Part shown: positions 29,068 through 38,033 of the stretch, in pieces
Layout: each line of letters begins with the position of its first letter
Position numbering within the stretch: the stretch's first letter is position 1
IMG/VR virus record: IMGVR_UViG_3300032233_001498
Coordinates: 1-64,000 of that record
Direction: 5' to 3' (one strand)
DNA length: 64,000 nucleotides
From: a virus
Lineage: Duplodnaviria; Caudoviricetes
Made by a program: the position numbers and the translations under genes
The notes under the pieces: model-generated
Told to the model about the DNA's origin: nothing
Database searches by the model: none
Seen by the model: the letters and a program-made list of their open reading frames with translations, nothing else

Positions 29068-31419
29068 ATGACTACATTTTCAGTAGAATCTAAGTCTCAG
29101 CTGGCCAAGTTGTTGGCCACAGAAAACTTGAGCATTCAACACCAAAAAATTTCAACAGCACGGTTTGACCCTAAGAACCGTGTTTTATATTGTCCTATTT
29201 GGCAAGATATGTCTGGTGACATGTATGATTTGCTAATGGGTCATGAGGTTGGTCATGCACTTGAAACACCTGCTGAAGGCTGGCATGATGCTGTTACAGT
29301 TGGTAATAAAGGCAAAAACTATAAACACTTTTTGAATGTGGTTGAAGATGCCCGTATCGAAAAGAAAATCAAACGCCGTTATCCAGGTCTCCGTGCTTCG
29401 TTTGTACGTGGTTATAAAAACCTGCTTGACCGTGATTTTTTTGGCATTATTAATAAAGATGTTAATCAATTGCCTTTCGTTGACCGATTGAATCTTTATA
29501 CAAAAGGTGGTACTCAATTGGGTATCGAATTCAATCAAGAGGAAACTACATTACTTAACCGTGTTGAAAATTGTGAAACATGGCAAGATGTGCTTGATGT
29601 TACCGGTGCAGTATTCGATTATTCAAAAGATGAACAGTTTAATATTCAACAAGAAAGTTTTGCATCATACAAATTCGATTACAATGATAGTGAGTTTGAT
29701 GATGAATTCGAAAATGATGATTATGATTATGATTCTCAGGAATCTAATACCGAAGAGGATGAAAATTCTGATAATGAAGAAGGCAATGGTGATGACGGTG
29801 ATGCCCAATCTGTAGATGAGGAACATGATGCTACTCAACAAAAATCTAAAAAATCTGATGGTGAAGCTGATGAATCTAAAGAAAATATTGATTCGGACAA
29901 AAGTTCACAATTGAATCGTTATAAAGATTCTTCTGAATCTAAACGTGACCAGTTTGAACCAACTTGTTCTACTGATGAATCATTTCGTGAAAATGAAACT
30001 GCTTTACTTGATGCTCAATGTAAAGAATATGTTTATGTTGATATGCCTAAACCTATTCTCAAAAACATTTTGACACCATATAAGCGTGTACATCAATTGC
30101 TCGAAGACCATTATAAAATGTATGATAGAGTTGATGCTAACAAATTATATAATGAATTCAAACAAAAGAATGACCGTTATGTTGGTTTATTGGCAAAAGA
30201 ATTTGAAATGAAAAAGGCCGCACGTGCCTATTCTAAAACTAAAACTGCCAATACTGGTGATATTGATATTTCTCGCTTGTACAAATATCAAGTTGATGAT
30301 AATATCTTTCGTAAAATGCAACGTACACCAAAAGGTAAATCACATGGTTTAGTTCTTTTACTTGACCGTTCTGGTTCTATGTCTGATAATATGGCAGGTT
30401 CGTTGGAACAGATTATGGTCTTGGCATTGTTTTGTCGCAAAGTGAATATTCCTTTTGTTGTATATGGTTTTGGTGATTGTGATGAATCTCGCCGTTTGGA
30501 TTTCCCAAATGTAAAACAAGAGAAAACATTCGAAGAAAAAGTTGGTTCGCTTGCAATTAGTAATGTTTATTTACGTGAATACATTAATTCACGCATGGGC
30601 AATGCAGAGTTTACTCGCTGTATGAAAAACTTGTCTGTATTAAAACATTCATATGAGAATCGTTATGCACATTACTTGCGTCCTCAATCTGAACATCTTT
30701 CCAATACACCTTTGATACAAGCCATGATTGCATTGCGTCCACTTGTAAATGATTTCCGCAAAATGAATAATCTTGATTTGGTTAACCTTGTTGTTGTGAA
30801 TGATGGTGATGCCGATAATTGCAATAGTAAAATAGATATTTACCGTTACCCTAATGGCACAGAAACACTTGCAAGGCGAGGTTTCGATAATCGAACACAA
30901 AATGTAATTTTGCGTGATGATGTAAGCAAATTGACAATTACATTACGTTCAGAAGCACCAAATGGTCACTATGATGATGCTGTACGTGCAGGTATTTTTG
31001 ATTGGTTCCGTGCTGTAACTGGTGCAAAGATTTTTGGTTTCTTTATTGCTGGCCAAAATCGTTCTTTGCGTCAATCGCTTTGTGCTAAGTATGTTTATTC
31101 TGACGGTACTACCGTGTATGACAAACTAGGTATTCCACGTAATGCACGCCGCTGGAATTTTAATCCACAAGGACATGATATCACTAAAGACCTTGCTAAG
31201 ACTTTGGTGAAAAATAAATTTGTACAATCATATAATAATGGTTACAATTCTTTCTTTATTATTCCTGGTGGTGCTGAACTTGCCGTTCAAAATGATGAGT
31301 TGCAAGTTGAAGGTAAAGTTACCGCAAGCAAGTTGAAGACGGCATTTTTGAAAATGTCTAAGGCAAAACAAGTGAACCGAGTACTGGTTTCTAAGTTTAT
31401 TGAAGGCATTGCTGCCTAA
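29068..31419 (+). CDS. HExxH metallopeptidase-like domain + acidic linker + VWA domain (CobT-like)
   Basis: GHEVGHAL and NVVEDARIE in the N-terminus, Asp/Glu-rich linker, MIDAS LLLDRSGSMS, later TP and NDGD; adjacent to a CobS/MoxR AAA gene. Confidence 0.8.
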   Translation: MTTFSVESKSQLAKLLATENLSIQHQKISTARFDPKNRVLYCPIWQDMSGDMYDLLMGHEVGHALETPAEGWHDAVTVGNKGKNYKHFLNVVEDARIEKKIKRRYPGLRASFVRGYKNLLDRDFFGIINKDVNQLPFVDRLNLYTKGGTQLGIEFNQEETTLLNRVENCETWQDVLDVTGAVFDYSKDEQFNIQQESFASYKFDYNDSEFDDEFENDDYDYDSQESNTEEDENSDNEEGNGDDGDAQSVDEEHDATQQKSKKSDGEADESKENIDSDKSSQLNRYKDSSESKRDQFEPTCSTDESFRENETALLDAQCKEYVYVDMPKPILKNILTPYKRVHQLLEDHYKMYDRVDANKLYNEFKQKNDRYVGLLAKEFEMKKAARAYSKTKTANTGDIDISRLYKYQVDDNIFRKMQRTPKGKSHGLVLLLDRSGSMSDNMAGSLEQIMVLALFCRKVNIPFVVYGFGDCDESRRLDFPNVKQEKTFEEKVGSLAISNVYLREYINSRMGNAEFTRCMKNLSVLKHSYENRYAHYLRPQSEHLSNTPLIQAMIALRPLVNDFRKMNNLDLVNLVVVNDGDADNCNSKIDIYRYPNGTETLARRGFDNRTQNVILRDDVSKLTITLRSEAPNGHYDDAVRAGIFDWFRAVTGAKIFGFFIAGQNRSLRQSLCAKYVYSDGTTVYDKLGIPRNARRWNFNPQGHDITKDLAKTLVKNKFVQSYNNGYNSFFIIPGGAELAVQNDELQVEGKVTASKLKTAFLKMSKAKQVNRVLVSKFIEGIAA

Positions 31420-31467
31420 GTTGTTGTTTTGTAACGGTATTTCTGTTGTTTTCCTGCAACAGACTGG

Positions 31468-31496
31468 TTGCCAAGAGACCAGAATACCGTTATAAT
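31468..31496 (+). promoter_or_regulatory. Sigma70-type promoter embedded in nested inverted repeats
   Basis: TTGCCA (31468-73), 17 nt, TATAAT (31491-96). Confidence 0.7.
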
Positions 31497-31514
31497 AGAT
31501 GTATCTAGTGAGAA

Positions 31515-32738
31515 ATGGAGTTTATTATGCGTATTAAAGTTGAAGCACGTGAGAAATTTATCAAGTTGGCAACCGCTACTGGTAAAGATGTACTTACAAT
31601 CCAAGAAATTCGTGACCTTTGCGATATCAATGATATTAAATTGCCGCAATGGTATGTTAAAGATATGTCCTACCGAGCAGGTCGTGGAATGTATAAGGTG
31701 CCGGCTTCTGCTGGTGTTGTGAGTGAACCTGCTGAGACCATCGCTATGGCTCCTGCTCAAGTTATTAAAATGAAAACTGATTACGAAAAAAATATGTCAG
31801 GTAACCGTATTTCAAACGTTACTACTGATTTGGAAACCGAGAATCTGATTCCAAAAGTTTATAAAAACTATGTGCCTTTTGGCAATTATGATGATGTACT
31901 TTCGATTGTTGCAAGCAAACAATTCTTCCCAATTCTAATTACTGGTCAATCTGGCAATGGTAAAACAATGTCTGTAGAACAGGCATGTGCAAAACTTGGT
32001 CGCAAATTTATTTGTGTATCAATGACACCTGAAACCGATGAAAGTGATTTACTCGGTAACTTTGTGTTGATTAATGGTCAAATGGAATGGCGTGATGGTC
32101 CAGTTACCGTTGCTGCTCGACAAGGTGCTGTTTTGTGTATTGATGAAATCGATTATGGTGCTCAGAATCTTTCCGCATTGCAACGTGTGCTTGAAGGCAA
32201 ACCATTTTTGTTGAAAAAGAAAAATGAATTGATTACACCTGCCGAAGGTTTTACAATTGTTGCTACTGCTAATACCAAAGGTAAAGGTAGTGAAGATGGT
32301 CGTTATATGTTTACTAACGTATTGAACGAAGCTTTCTTGGAACGTTTTCTCAATACTATGGAACAGGACTTCCCACCTGTTAAGATTGAACAAAAAATTA
32401 TCAAAAAGGAAATGGCCTCTGCTGGTCGTCCTGATGATGAATTTGCCGAGAAACTTGTTACTTGGGCAGACGTTATTCGTAAAACTTTTGCCGAAGGTGG
32501 TGCTGATGAAATTATCTCCACTCGCCGCCTTGTGCATATTGTGAAAACTTATGGTGTGTTCGGTAACAAAATGAAAGCAATTCAATTGTGTTTGAATCGT
32601 TTCGATGATGATACCAAACTTTCTTTCCTTGACCTGTACACCAAAGTTGATGCAGGTGCGAATACTCAAACAATCATGGCAAGTACCGAACCTGTCGTGA
32701 CTGTTGATGATGCCGCAAGTGAAGAAGTACCGTTTTAA
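31515..32738 (+). CDS. cobS: CobS/MoxR-family AAA+ ATPase
   Basis: GQSGNGKT Walker A, LCIDEID Walker B, ATANTKG.G, LNEAFLERF, ISTRRL. Confidence 0.88.
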   Translation: MEFIMRIKVEAREKFIKLATATGKDVLTIQEIRDLCDINDIKLPQWYVKDMSYRAGRGMYKVPASAGVVSEPAETIAMAPAQVIKMKTDYEKNMSGNRISNVTTDLETENLIPKVYKNYVPFGNYDDVLSIVASKQFFPILITGQSGNGKTMSVEQACAKLGRKFICVSMTPETDESDLLGNFVLINGQMEWRDGPVTVAARQGAVLCIDEIDYGAQNLSALQRVLEGKPFLLKKKNELITPAEGFTIVATANTKGKGSEDGRYMFTNVLNEAFLERFLNTMEQDFPPVKIEQKIIKKEMASAGRPDDEFAEKLVTWADVIRKTFAEGGADEIISTRRLVHIVKTYGVFGNKMKAIQLCLNRFDDDTKLSFLDLYTKVDAGANTQTIMASTEPVVTVDDAASEEVPF

Positions 32739-32744
32739 TATTAT

Positions 32745-32773
32745 AGTACCCACGGCAACGTTGGGTACTTTTT
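32745..32773 (+). terminator. Intrinsic terminator after cobS
   Basis: AGTACCC-ACG-GCAA-CGT-T-GGGTACT plus T run (GNRA loop). Confidence 0.75.
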
Positions 32774-32794
32774 CGTCTTTTGCCTAAAAAACAC

Positions 32795-32823
32795 TTGACT
32801 ATCTGAATTTAGTATGTTATACT
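32795..32823 (+). promoter_or_regulatory. Sigma70-type promoter with extended -10
   Basis: TTGACT, 17 nt, TG-n-TATACT. Confidence 0.75.
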
Positions 32824-32827
32824 TAAT

Positions 32828-32876
32828 GCATATTTGAGAGACAGGTCACCTCTCGAATGCTTCTTTGACTGTGACC
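32828..32876 (+). promoter_or_regulatory. Candidate H-type pseudoknot in 5' UTR
   Basis: Stem ATTTGAGAG/CTCTCGAAT; loop GGTCAC (32844-49) is complementary to GTGACC (32871-76). Confidence 0.45.
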
Positions 32877-32896
32877 GTTTTTATTATGGAGACATT

Positions 32897-33169
32897 ATGT
32901 CCGCAAAATCTAAAGTTCTTTCTTACCTTTCTAAAGGTTCTTCTTACAACACATTGACTGCTGCAAAGATGCAATCAGTTTTTGGTGTTGCGAATCCATC
33001 AGCAACCATCAATGAGTTGCGTAACGAAGGTAATGCAATTTACTTGAACACCCGCATTAATACTCATGGTGAGAAAGTTTCTTTCTACCGTTTGGGTACA
33101 CCAACTAAGCGCCAAGTCGCTGCTGGTTTGCAAGCACTCCGTGCTCAAGGTGTATCAACATTCGCCTAA
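32897..33169 (+). CDS. Small winged-helix-like DNA-binding protein (putative)
   Basis: KVLSYL..LTAAKMQSVFGVANPSATINELRNEG followed by a beta-hairpin wing; SD GGAG before ATG 32897. Confidence 0.55.
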   Translation: MSAKSKVLSYLSKGSSYNTLTAAKMQSVFGVANPSATINELRNEGNAIYLNTRINTHGEKVSFYRLGTPTKRQVAAGLQALRAQGVSTFA

Positions 33170-33189
33170 TTCTCTAGGCGTTTTCTCAG

Positions 33190-33226
33190 AGGGAATCGAT
33201 ATATATTAGTATCGATTCTCTTTTTT
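33190..33226 (+). terminator. Intrinsic terminator
   Basis: AGGGAATCGATA/TATCGATTCTCT stem followed by a T run. Confidence 0.75.
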
Positions 33227-33243
33227 TATTTTATGGATATACT

Positions 33244-34059
33244 ATGGAAATTCAAGTTAAAGTTGACGACCTAAAGAAACATAAGTTATTCGTTGCTACC
33301 CCGATGTATGGTGGCATGAATCACGGACTGTACATGAAGTCGTGTCTAGACCTACAGGGTCTAATGAACAAGTATGGTGTTGAAACCAAATTCTCATTCT
33401 TGTTCAACGAATCTCTTATAACAAGAGCACGAAACTATCTCGTAGATGAGTTTCTCCGCACAGACTACACACACATGCTGTTCATTGACAGCGACATTCA
33501 TTTCAACCCGCAAGATGTTATTGCTATGTTGGCACTTGACAAAGACCTTATTGGTGGTCCTTATCCCAAGAAATCTATTAACTGGGGCAACGTAGCAGAT
33601 GCTGCACGAAAGCATCCAACTATGGAACCACGGGAATTGGAAAACTTGGTTGGTGAGTACGTATTCAATGTTGTTAAGGGTACACAATCATTTCAAGTTG
33701 CTGAACCACTTGAAGTGATGGAGATTGGTACTGGTTACATGATGATTAAACGTCATGTATTTGGTAAACTTGAAAAAGAATTTCCTCAATTGCGTTACAA
33801 ACCAGACCATGTTGGTCAGGCAAACTTTGATGGTTCACGTTACATTCATGCATTCTTTGATACAATCATTGATACTGCTGATAGTGCAACTGGTGGTGGT
33901 TCAGACCGTTACCTAAGTGAAGATTATATGTTCTGTCAACTATGGCGTAAAATTGGTGGTAGTATCTACTTGTGTCCATGGATGAAAACACAACACATTG
34001 GTACATATGCCTTTACTGGTAATATGCCTGCTGTGGCACAATACACAGGAAAACTCTGA
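33244..34059 (+). CDS. GT-A fold glycosyltransferase-like protein
   Basis: LFVATPMYGG, ESLITRARN, MLFIDSDI (DxD), GTGYMMIKR, YLSEDYMFC. Confidence 0.7.
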   Translation: MEIQVKVDDLKKHKLFVATPMYGGMNHGLYMKSCLDLQGLMNKYGVETKFSFLFNESLITRARNYLVDEFLRTDYTHMLFIDSDIHFNPQDVIAMLALDKDLIGGPYPKKSINWGNVADAARKHPTMEPRELENLVGEYVFNVVKGTQSFQVAEPLEVMEIGTGYMMIKRHVFGKLEKEFPQLRYKPDHVGQANFDGSRYIHAFFDTIIDTADSATGGGSDRYLSEDYMFCQLWRKIGGSIYLCPWMKTQHIGTYAFTGNMPAVAQYTGKL

Positions 34060-34424
34060 TGCCAAAGTTTGATGAAACCCTAAATGAAAACATTCAACTT
34101 GGGCATGTCCGGGCTTCTCAAACTGCCACAACCGGCGGCCGCAAATTTGATGGTGGCAAACTAGAATATGGTTTGTTACCACCAGCGGCACTAAAGGCAA
34201 CTGTGGAAATTCTTACCTTTGGTGCTCAGAAGTATGAACGTGACAATTGGAAAAATGTACCTGATTCTAAACGCAGGTATTTTGATGCAATGCAACGTCA
34301 CCTGTGGGCATGGAAAGAGGGTGAAATCAATGACCTTGAAACTGGCAAACATCACTTAGCACATGCTATGTGTTGCCTCATGTTTCTATATGAACATGAT
34401 ACAATCTATTCACGTGACGAATAA
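34059..34424 (+). CDS. dATP/dGTP diphosphohydrolase-like protein (DUF5664-type)
   Basis: KFDGGKLEYGLLP, GAQKYERDNW, Y.DAMQRHL, D.ETGKHHLAHA. Confidence 0.8.
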   Translation: MPKFDETLNENIQLGHVRASQTATTGGRKFDGGKLEYGLLPPAALKATVEILTFGAQKYERDNWKNVPDSKRRYFDAMQRHLWAWKEGEINDLETGKHHLAHAMCCLMFLYEHDTIYSRDE

Positions 34425-34441
34425 CCTTATTGGAGTATATT

Positions 34442-35122
34442 ATGAAATTATCGACTGACACTATTAACGTATTAAAAAACTTTGCTACTATTAATCAAGG
34501 CATCTTGTTTAAGCAAGGCAAAACAATTAAAACTGTTTCTTCACACAAGAACATTCTTGCAGAGGCAACAATCAACGAAGAAATTCCTACAGAGTTTGGT
34601 GTTTATGACCTGAACAATTTCTTGTCTGTTGTTTCAATGCACAAAGACGAACCATCTTTTGAGTTCGTACAGAATGACGTTGTTATCTGTGGTAACAAAG
34701 GACGTTCAAAGATTAAATATCGATTCTGTGACCCTAAAAGCATCGTAACACCACCCGAAAAGGCACTTCAAATGCCTGACCCTGAGATTGCATTTGAGCT
34801 CTCACAAGAAGACTTAGATTGGGTATTACGGGTTGCTTCTGTTCTCTCTTCACCACAAATCGCTCTTGATTCTGATGGTTCTAAAATTAGTTTGATGGCA
34901 ATGAATTTGCAAGATGACTCAGCACACACCGATACGCTTCAAATTGCTGATGGTAATGGTGACAAGTATCGTATGGTATTCAAGACTGAAAACTTGAAAA
35001 TGATTTCTGGTTCATATGATGTGAAGGTTTCTTCAAAAGGTATCTCACACTTTAAGAACAAGAACAAAGACCTGCAATACTGGATTACTACAGAAGCTGG
35101 TTCTACCTTCACCAAAGGTTAA
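34442..35122 (+). CDS. gp45: Sliding clamp gp45
   Basis: MKLSTDTINVLKNFATINQGI, FGVYDLNNFL; precedes gp44. Confidence 0.93.
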   Translation: MKLSTDTINVLKNFATINQGILFKQGKTIKTVSSHKNILAEATINEEIPTEFGVYDLNNFLSVVSMHKDEPSFEFVQNDVVICGNKGRSKIKYRFCDPKSIVTPPEKALQMPDPEIAFELSQEDLDWVLRVASVLSSPQIALDSDGSKISLMAMNLQDDSAHTDTLQIADGNGDKYRMVFKTENLKMISGSYDVKVSSKGISHFKNKNKDLQYWITTEAGSTFTKG

Positions 35123-35198
35123 TCGTAAAAAACTTTACGTCAAAGATGCCATTTGATGTAAAGTGTGATACAATATTATTTTATTATGAGGTGTGTGA

Positions 35199-36131
35199 AT
35201 GTCGGAACAATTATTGTGGACAGAGAAGTATCGTCCAAAAACAATCAATGAATGTATTCTTCCTGAACGTTTGAAGAAACCGTTTCAAGAATACGTCAAC
35301 TCAAAAGAAATCCCCAATCTCTTGCTTGCTGGTGGCGCAGGTGTCGGTAAGACAACTGTTGCTAAGGCAATGTGTGAAGAGATTGGTTGCGATTACATGG
35401 TCATTAATGGTTCTGATGACAATGGTGTTGATACTGTTCGTTATAAGATTAAGAACTATGCATCAAGTATGTCTCTTGCAGGTGGTCGTAAGGTCATTAT
35501 TGTTGATGAGGCAGACTATCTATCGCCTAACGCACAGGCAGCTTTCCGTAATGTGATTGAAGAATTCGCAGGTAACTGTTCATTTATCTTTACATGTAAC
35601 TTTAAGAATAAGATTATTGAACCGTTGCACAGTCGGTGTGCGGTCGTGGACTTCATTCTGAAGAACAATGAGAAGGCACAGATGGCTGGCCAATTCTTCA
35701 AGCGAATTCAAGGTGTTTTGCAAAGTGAAGAAATCAAGTATGATGACAAGGTTATTGCAGAACTGGTGAAGAAACACTTTCCAGACTTTCGCCGTGTTAT
35801 CAATGAACTGCAACGCTACTCAAAGTTTGGCGAAATCAATACTGGTATTCTTTCACAGATTATTGAAGTTGGCCTATCTGATGTTATTCGACACCTGAAA
35901 GAAAAGGACTTTGGTTCTATTCGCAAATGGGTTGCATCAAATGATATCGATGCGGCATCTTTGTACCGTAAGTTGTATGATAATCTCTATGACGTTCTGA
36001 AACCACAATCTATTCCTCAAGCAGTTATTATTCTTGCTGACTATCAGTACAAACATGCATTTGTTGCCGATGCAGAAATAAATACTGTTGCATGTCTAAC
36101 TGAATTGATGGTAGAATGTGAGTTTCAATGA
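35199..36131 (+). CDS. gp44: Clamp loader large subunit gp44
   Basis: WTEKYRP, GGAGVGKTT, IIVDEAD, PLHSRC, FPDFRR. Confidence 0.96.
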   Translation: MSEQLLWTEKYRPKTINECILPERLKKPFQEYVNSKEIPNLLLAGGAGVGKTTVAKAMCEEIGCDYMVINGSDDNGVDTVRYKIKNYASSMSLAGGRKVIIVDEADYLSPNAQAAFRNVIEEFAGNCSFIFTCNFKNKIIEPLHSRCAVVDFILKNNEKAQMAGQFFKRIQGVLQSEEIKYDDKVIAELVKKHFPDFRRVINELQRYSKFGEINTGILSQIIEVGLSDVIRHLKEKDFGSIRKWVASNDIDAASLYRKLYDNLYDVLKPQSIPQAVIILADYQYKHAFVADAEINTVACLTELMVECEFQ

Positions 36132-36415
36132 TTATTGACCTTTTCAAACCGACTGTAGATTGGATTAAAGATGATTGGAATAGTAACCCTTTCCGTTTTA
36201 TCATTGAGCTTATTGCTTGGGCTATTAGTATTGGTTGCTCCATTACTATGGCGAGTACCGTACCAAATCCTCCCTTACTGGTATTGTATCCTATTTGGAT
36301 TGCCGGTTGCGGGCTGTATGCTTGGGCTGCTTATACTAGGAAATCTTTTGGGATGTTGGCTAACTACCTCCTGTTAACAACTATTGACACCATCGGTCTA
36401 ATTCGAATGTTATGA
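36128..36415 (+). CDS. Small membrane protein
   Basis: Three hydrophobic segments; ATGA overlaps with both neighbouring genes. Confidence 0.65.
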   Translation: MIIDLFKPTVDWIKDDWNSNPFRFIIELIAWAISIGCSITMASTVPNPPLLVLYPIWIAGCGLYAWAAYTRKSFGMLANYLLLTTIDTIGLIRML

Positions 36416-37065
36416 CCGAAAAAGAAATCTTCATATGTAATCTCTTCAAGGCATCAGGTGGCCACGGTTTAACCGAACTTCAATTGCATAAACAATTGTA
36501 CTCTTCTAACGATATTAATATGTTAGTGTATACAATTAAAAAAGCATTTGAATTAAATGGTAATTCATGGTTGTCTGTTACCGAATCGTATGATGAAGAT
36601 ATTATTGGTTCATGGTCATCATGGCACCAAATTGATGAGAAGTATTCACCTGAGTGGGGTTTTAAGAAGACACAACCTGGATGTTATATCTATGGTTTGT
36701 TTGAAACATCACCAACCGGTCAAGCCAATCATTTGATGGATGAAGTATTCTATATTGGTGAAAGTAGAGCAGTAACACGTAATTGTATGTTGGGACGTAG
36801 AGGTGATTTTGTCAGTACTGTACGAAATAATCCTCATTGTCCATATGGATGTGGAACATCTTTTCTAAACATCTTTGGAAAAGAGAACATAGATAAAGTA
36901 TATCAAGCTTATCTGCCAACACCAGCACATCAATGCAAAAAGAAAGAAGCTGATTTATTGGTTGATTATTACAGGAAATATGGTAAAATACCTGTATGTA
37001 ATTATCACACCGATTTGAATAGAATTGCCAAGTTGTCATCAAATTTAGAGAATTTTATATTATGA
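36412..37065 (+). CDS. Hypothetical protein with GIY-YIG-like motifs
   Basis: GCYIYGL..FYIGES..R..E..L...Y..KYG.IP..N pattern. Confidence 0.45.
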   Translation: MTEKEIFICNLFKASGGHGLTELQLHKQLYSSNDINMLVYTIKKAFELNGNSWLSVTESYDEDIIGSWSSWHQIDEKYSPEWGFKKTQPGCYIYGLFETSPTGQANHLMDEVFYIGESRAVTRNCMLGRRGDFVSTVRNNPHCPYGCGTSFLNIFGKENIDKVYQAYLPTPAHQCKKKEADLLVDYYRKYGKIPVCNYHTDLNRIAKLSSNLENFIL

Positions 37066-37445
37066 GTCCATTTGATTTTGTAAACCAAATCCTACAAAGT
37101 AAGCAACAACTAATTGTAGATGAACAGACCGAAGGTGAATATGCACCTTTCTTGGTCAACCGTAGTCTTTCCTACCATAAAGATACTATTCTTTATGCAA
37201 ATGAGATGAATCGGAGACACCACTTAGATAAAAAACTACAGAATGATTTTTTACTAAATACCGTAAGGTCTAGGAAAAGGCCTTTCGTTAAGTGGGTTAA
37301 ATCTGATAAAAGTGAAGACATATCATGTATCAAACAAGTCTATGGTTTTTCAGACACCAAAGCCCGTGAAGCACTACGCCTCCTTAATGATGAACAAATC
37401 CAACAATTAAAAAAACAAACCGATATCGGTGGATTAAGGAAATGA
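37062..37445 (+). CDS. gp62: Clamp loader small subunit gp62
   Basis: YAPFLVNRSLSY..D..LYANEMN, YGFSDTKAREAL. Confidence 0.9.
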   Translation: MSPFDFVNQILQSKQQLIVDEQTEGEYAPFLVNRSLSYHKDTILYANEMNRRHHLDKKLQNDFLLNTVRSRKRPFVKWVKSDKSEDISCIKQVYGFSDTKAREALRLLNDEQIQQLKKQTDIGGLRK

Positions 37446-37446
37446 C

Positions 37447-37851
37447 ATGTTTGACCTATCAAATTTCGTTGAGGTTGTACTCAACGAACAAGATGATTTC
37501 TTGAAGGTTCGTGAAACGTTAACACGAATCGGAGTGTCTTCACGCAAAGAAAAAGTGCTTTATCAATCTTGCCACATTCTACATAAACAAGGCAAGTACT
37601 ACGTAGTACACTTTAAAGAATTATTTGCATTGGATGGTAAACCATCTAATATTTCAGAAAACGATATTCATAGACGTAACGCTATTGCTAAGTTACTAGA
37701 AGAATGGGGTCTAATTCGTATAATTAACCCTGAGATTATAGTAGATAAGATTGCACCTTTGCATCAAATTAAAATTATATCTTTCAAAGAAAAAGATGAA
37801 TGGGAATTGATTGCGAAGTACCAAATTGGCACCAAGAAAAAAGAATTTTGA
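37447..37851 (+). CDS. regA: Translational repressor RegA
   Basis: DDFLKVRETLTRIG, LYQSCHILHKQG.YYVVHFKELF. Confidence 0.96.
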   Translation: MFDLSNFVEVVLNEQDDFLKVRETLTRIGVSSRKEKVLYQSCHILHKQGKYYVVHFKELFALDGKPSNISENDIHRRNAIAKLLEEWGLIRIINPEIIVDKIAPLHQIKIISFKEKDEWELIAKYQIGTKKKEF

Positions 37852-37862
37852 AATGAGTAGTT

Positions 37863-38033
37863 ATGAGAGTATTCAAATTGAAGAACCGTTTTACGGGAGA
37901 TATTGTTCTCTGTAATGATATGAATAACATTACTGAATCTAATGGTATGAAATTCGTTCGAGTGTATAAACAGGAAAATCCTAACAGAACCTTCTTAGTT
38001 AACCTCGAAGCATTTACAATTTTGGATAAATAA
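37863..38033 (+). CDS. Small hypothetical protein (56 aa, not in ORF track)
   Basis: ORF MRVFKLKNRFTG..AFTILDK fills the gap after regA. Confidence 0.55.
   Translation: MRVFKLKNRFTGDIVLCNDMNNITESNGMKFVRVYKQENPNRTFLVNLEAFTILDK

Noticed and set aside
31515-32738. Cobalamin-biosynthesis auxiliary gene
   Set aside because: No cobN or other B12 genes; the CobS label reflects the MoxR AAA family only.
34059-34424. Evidence for a diaminopurine (Z) genome
   Set aside because: No purZ in the window and the polymerase is an ordinary gp43; the hydrolase alone is insufficient.
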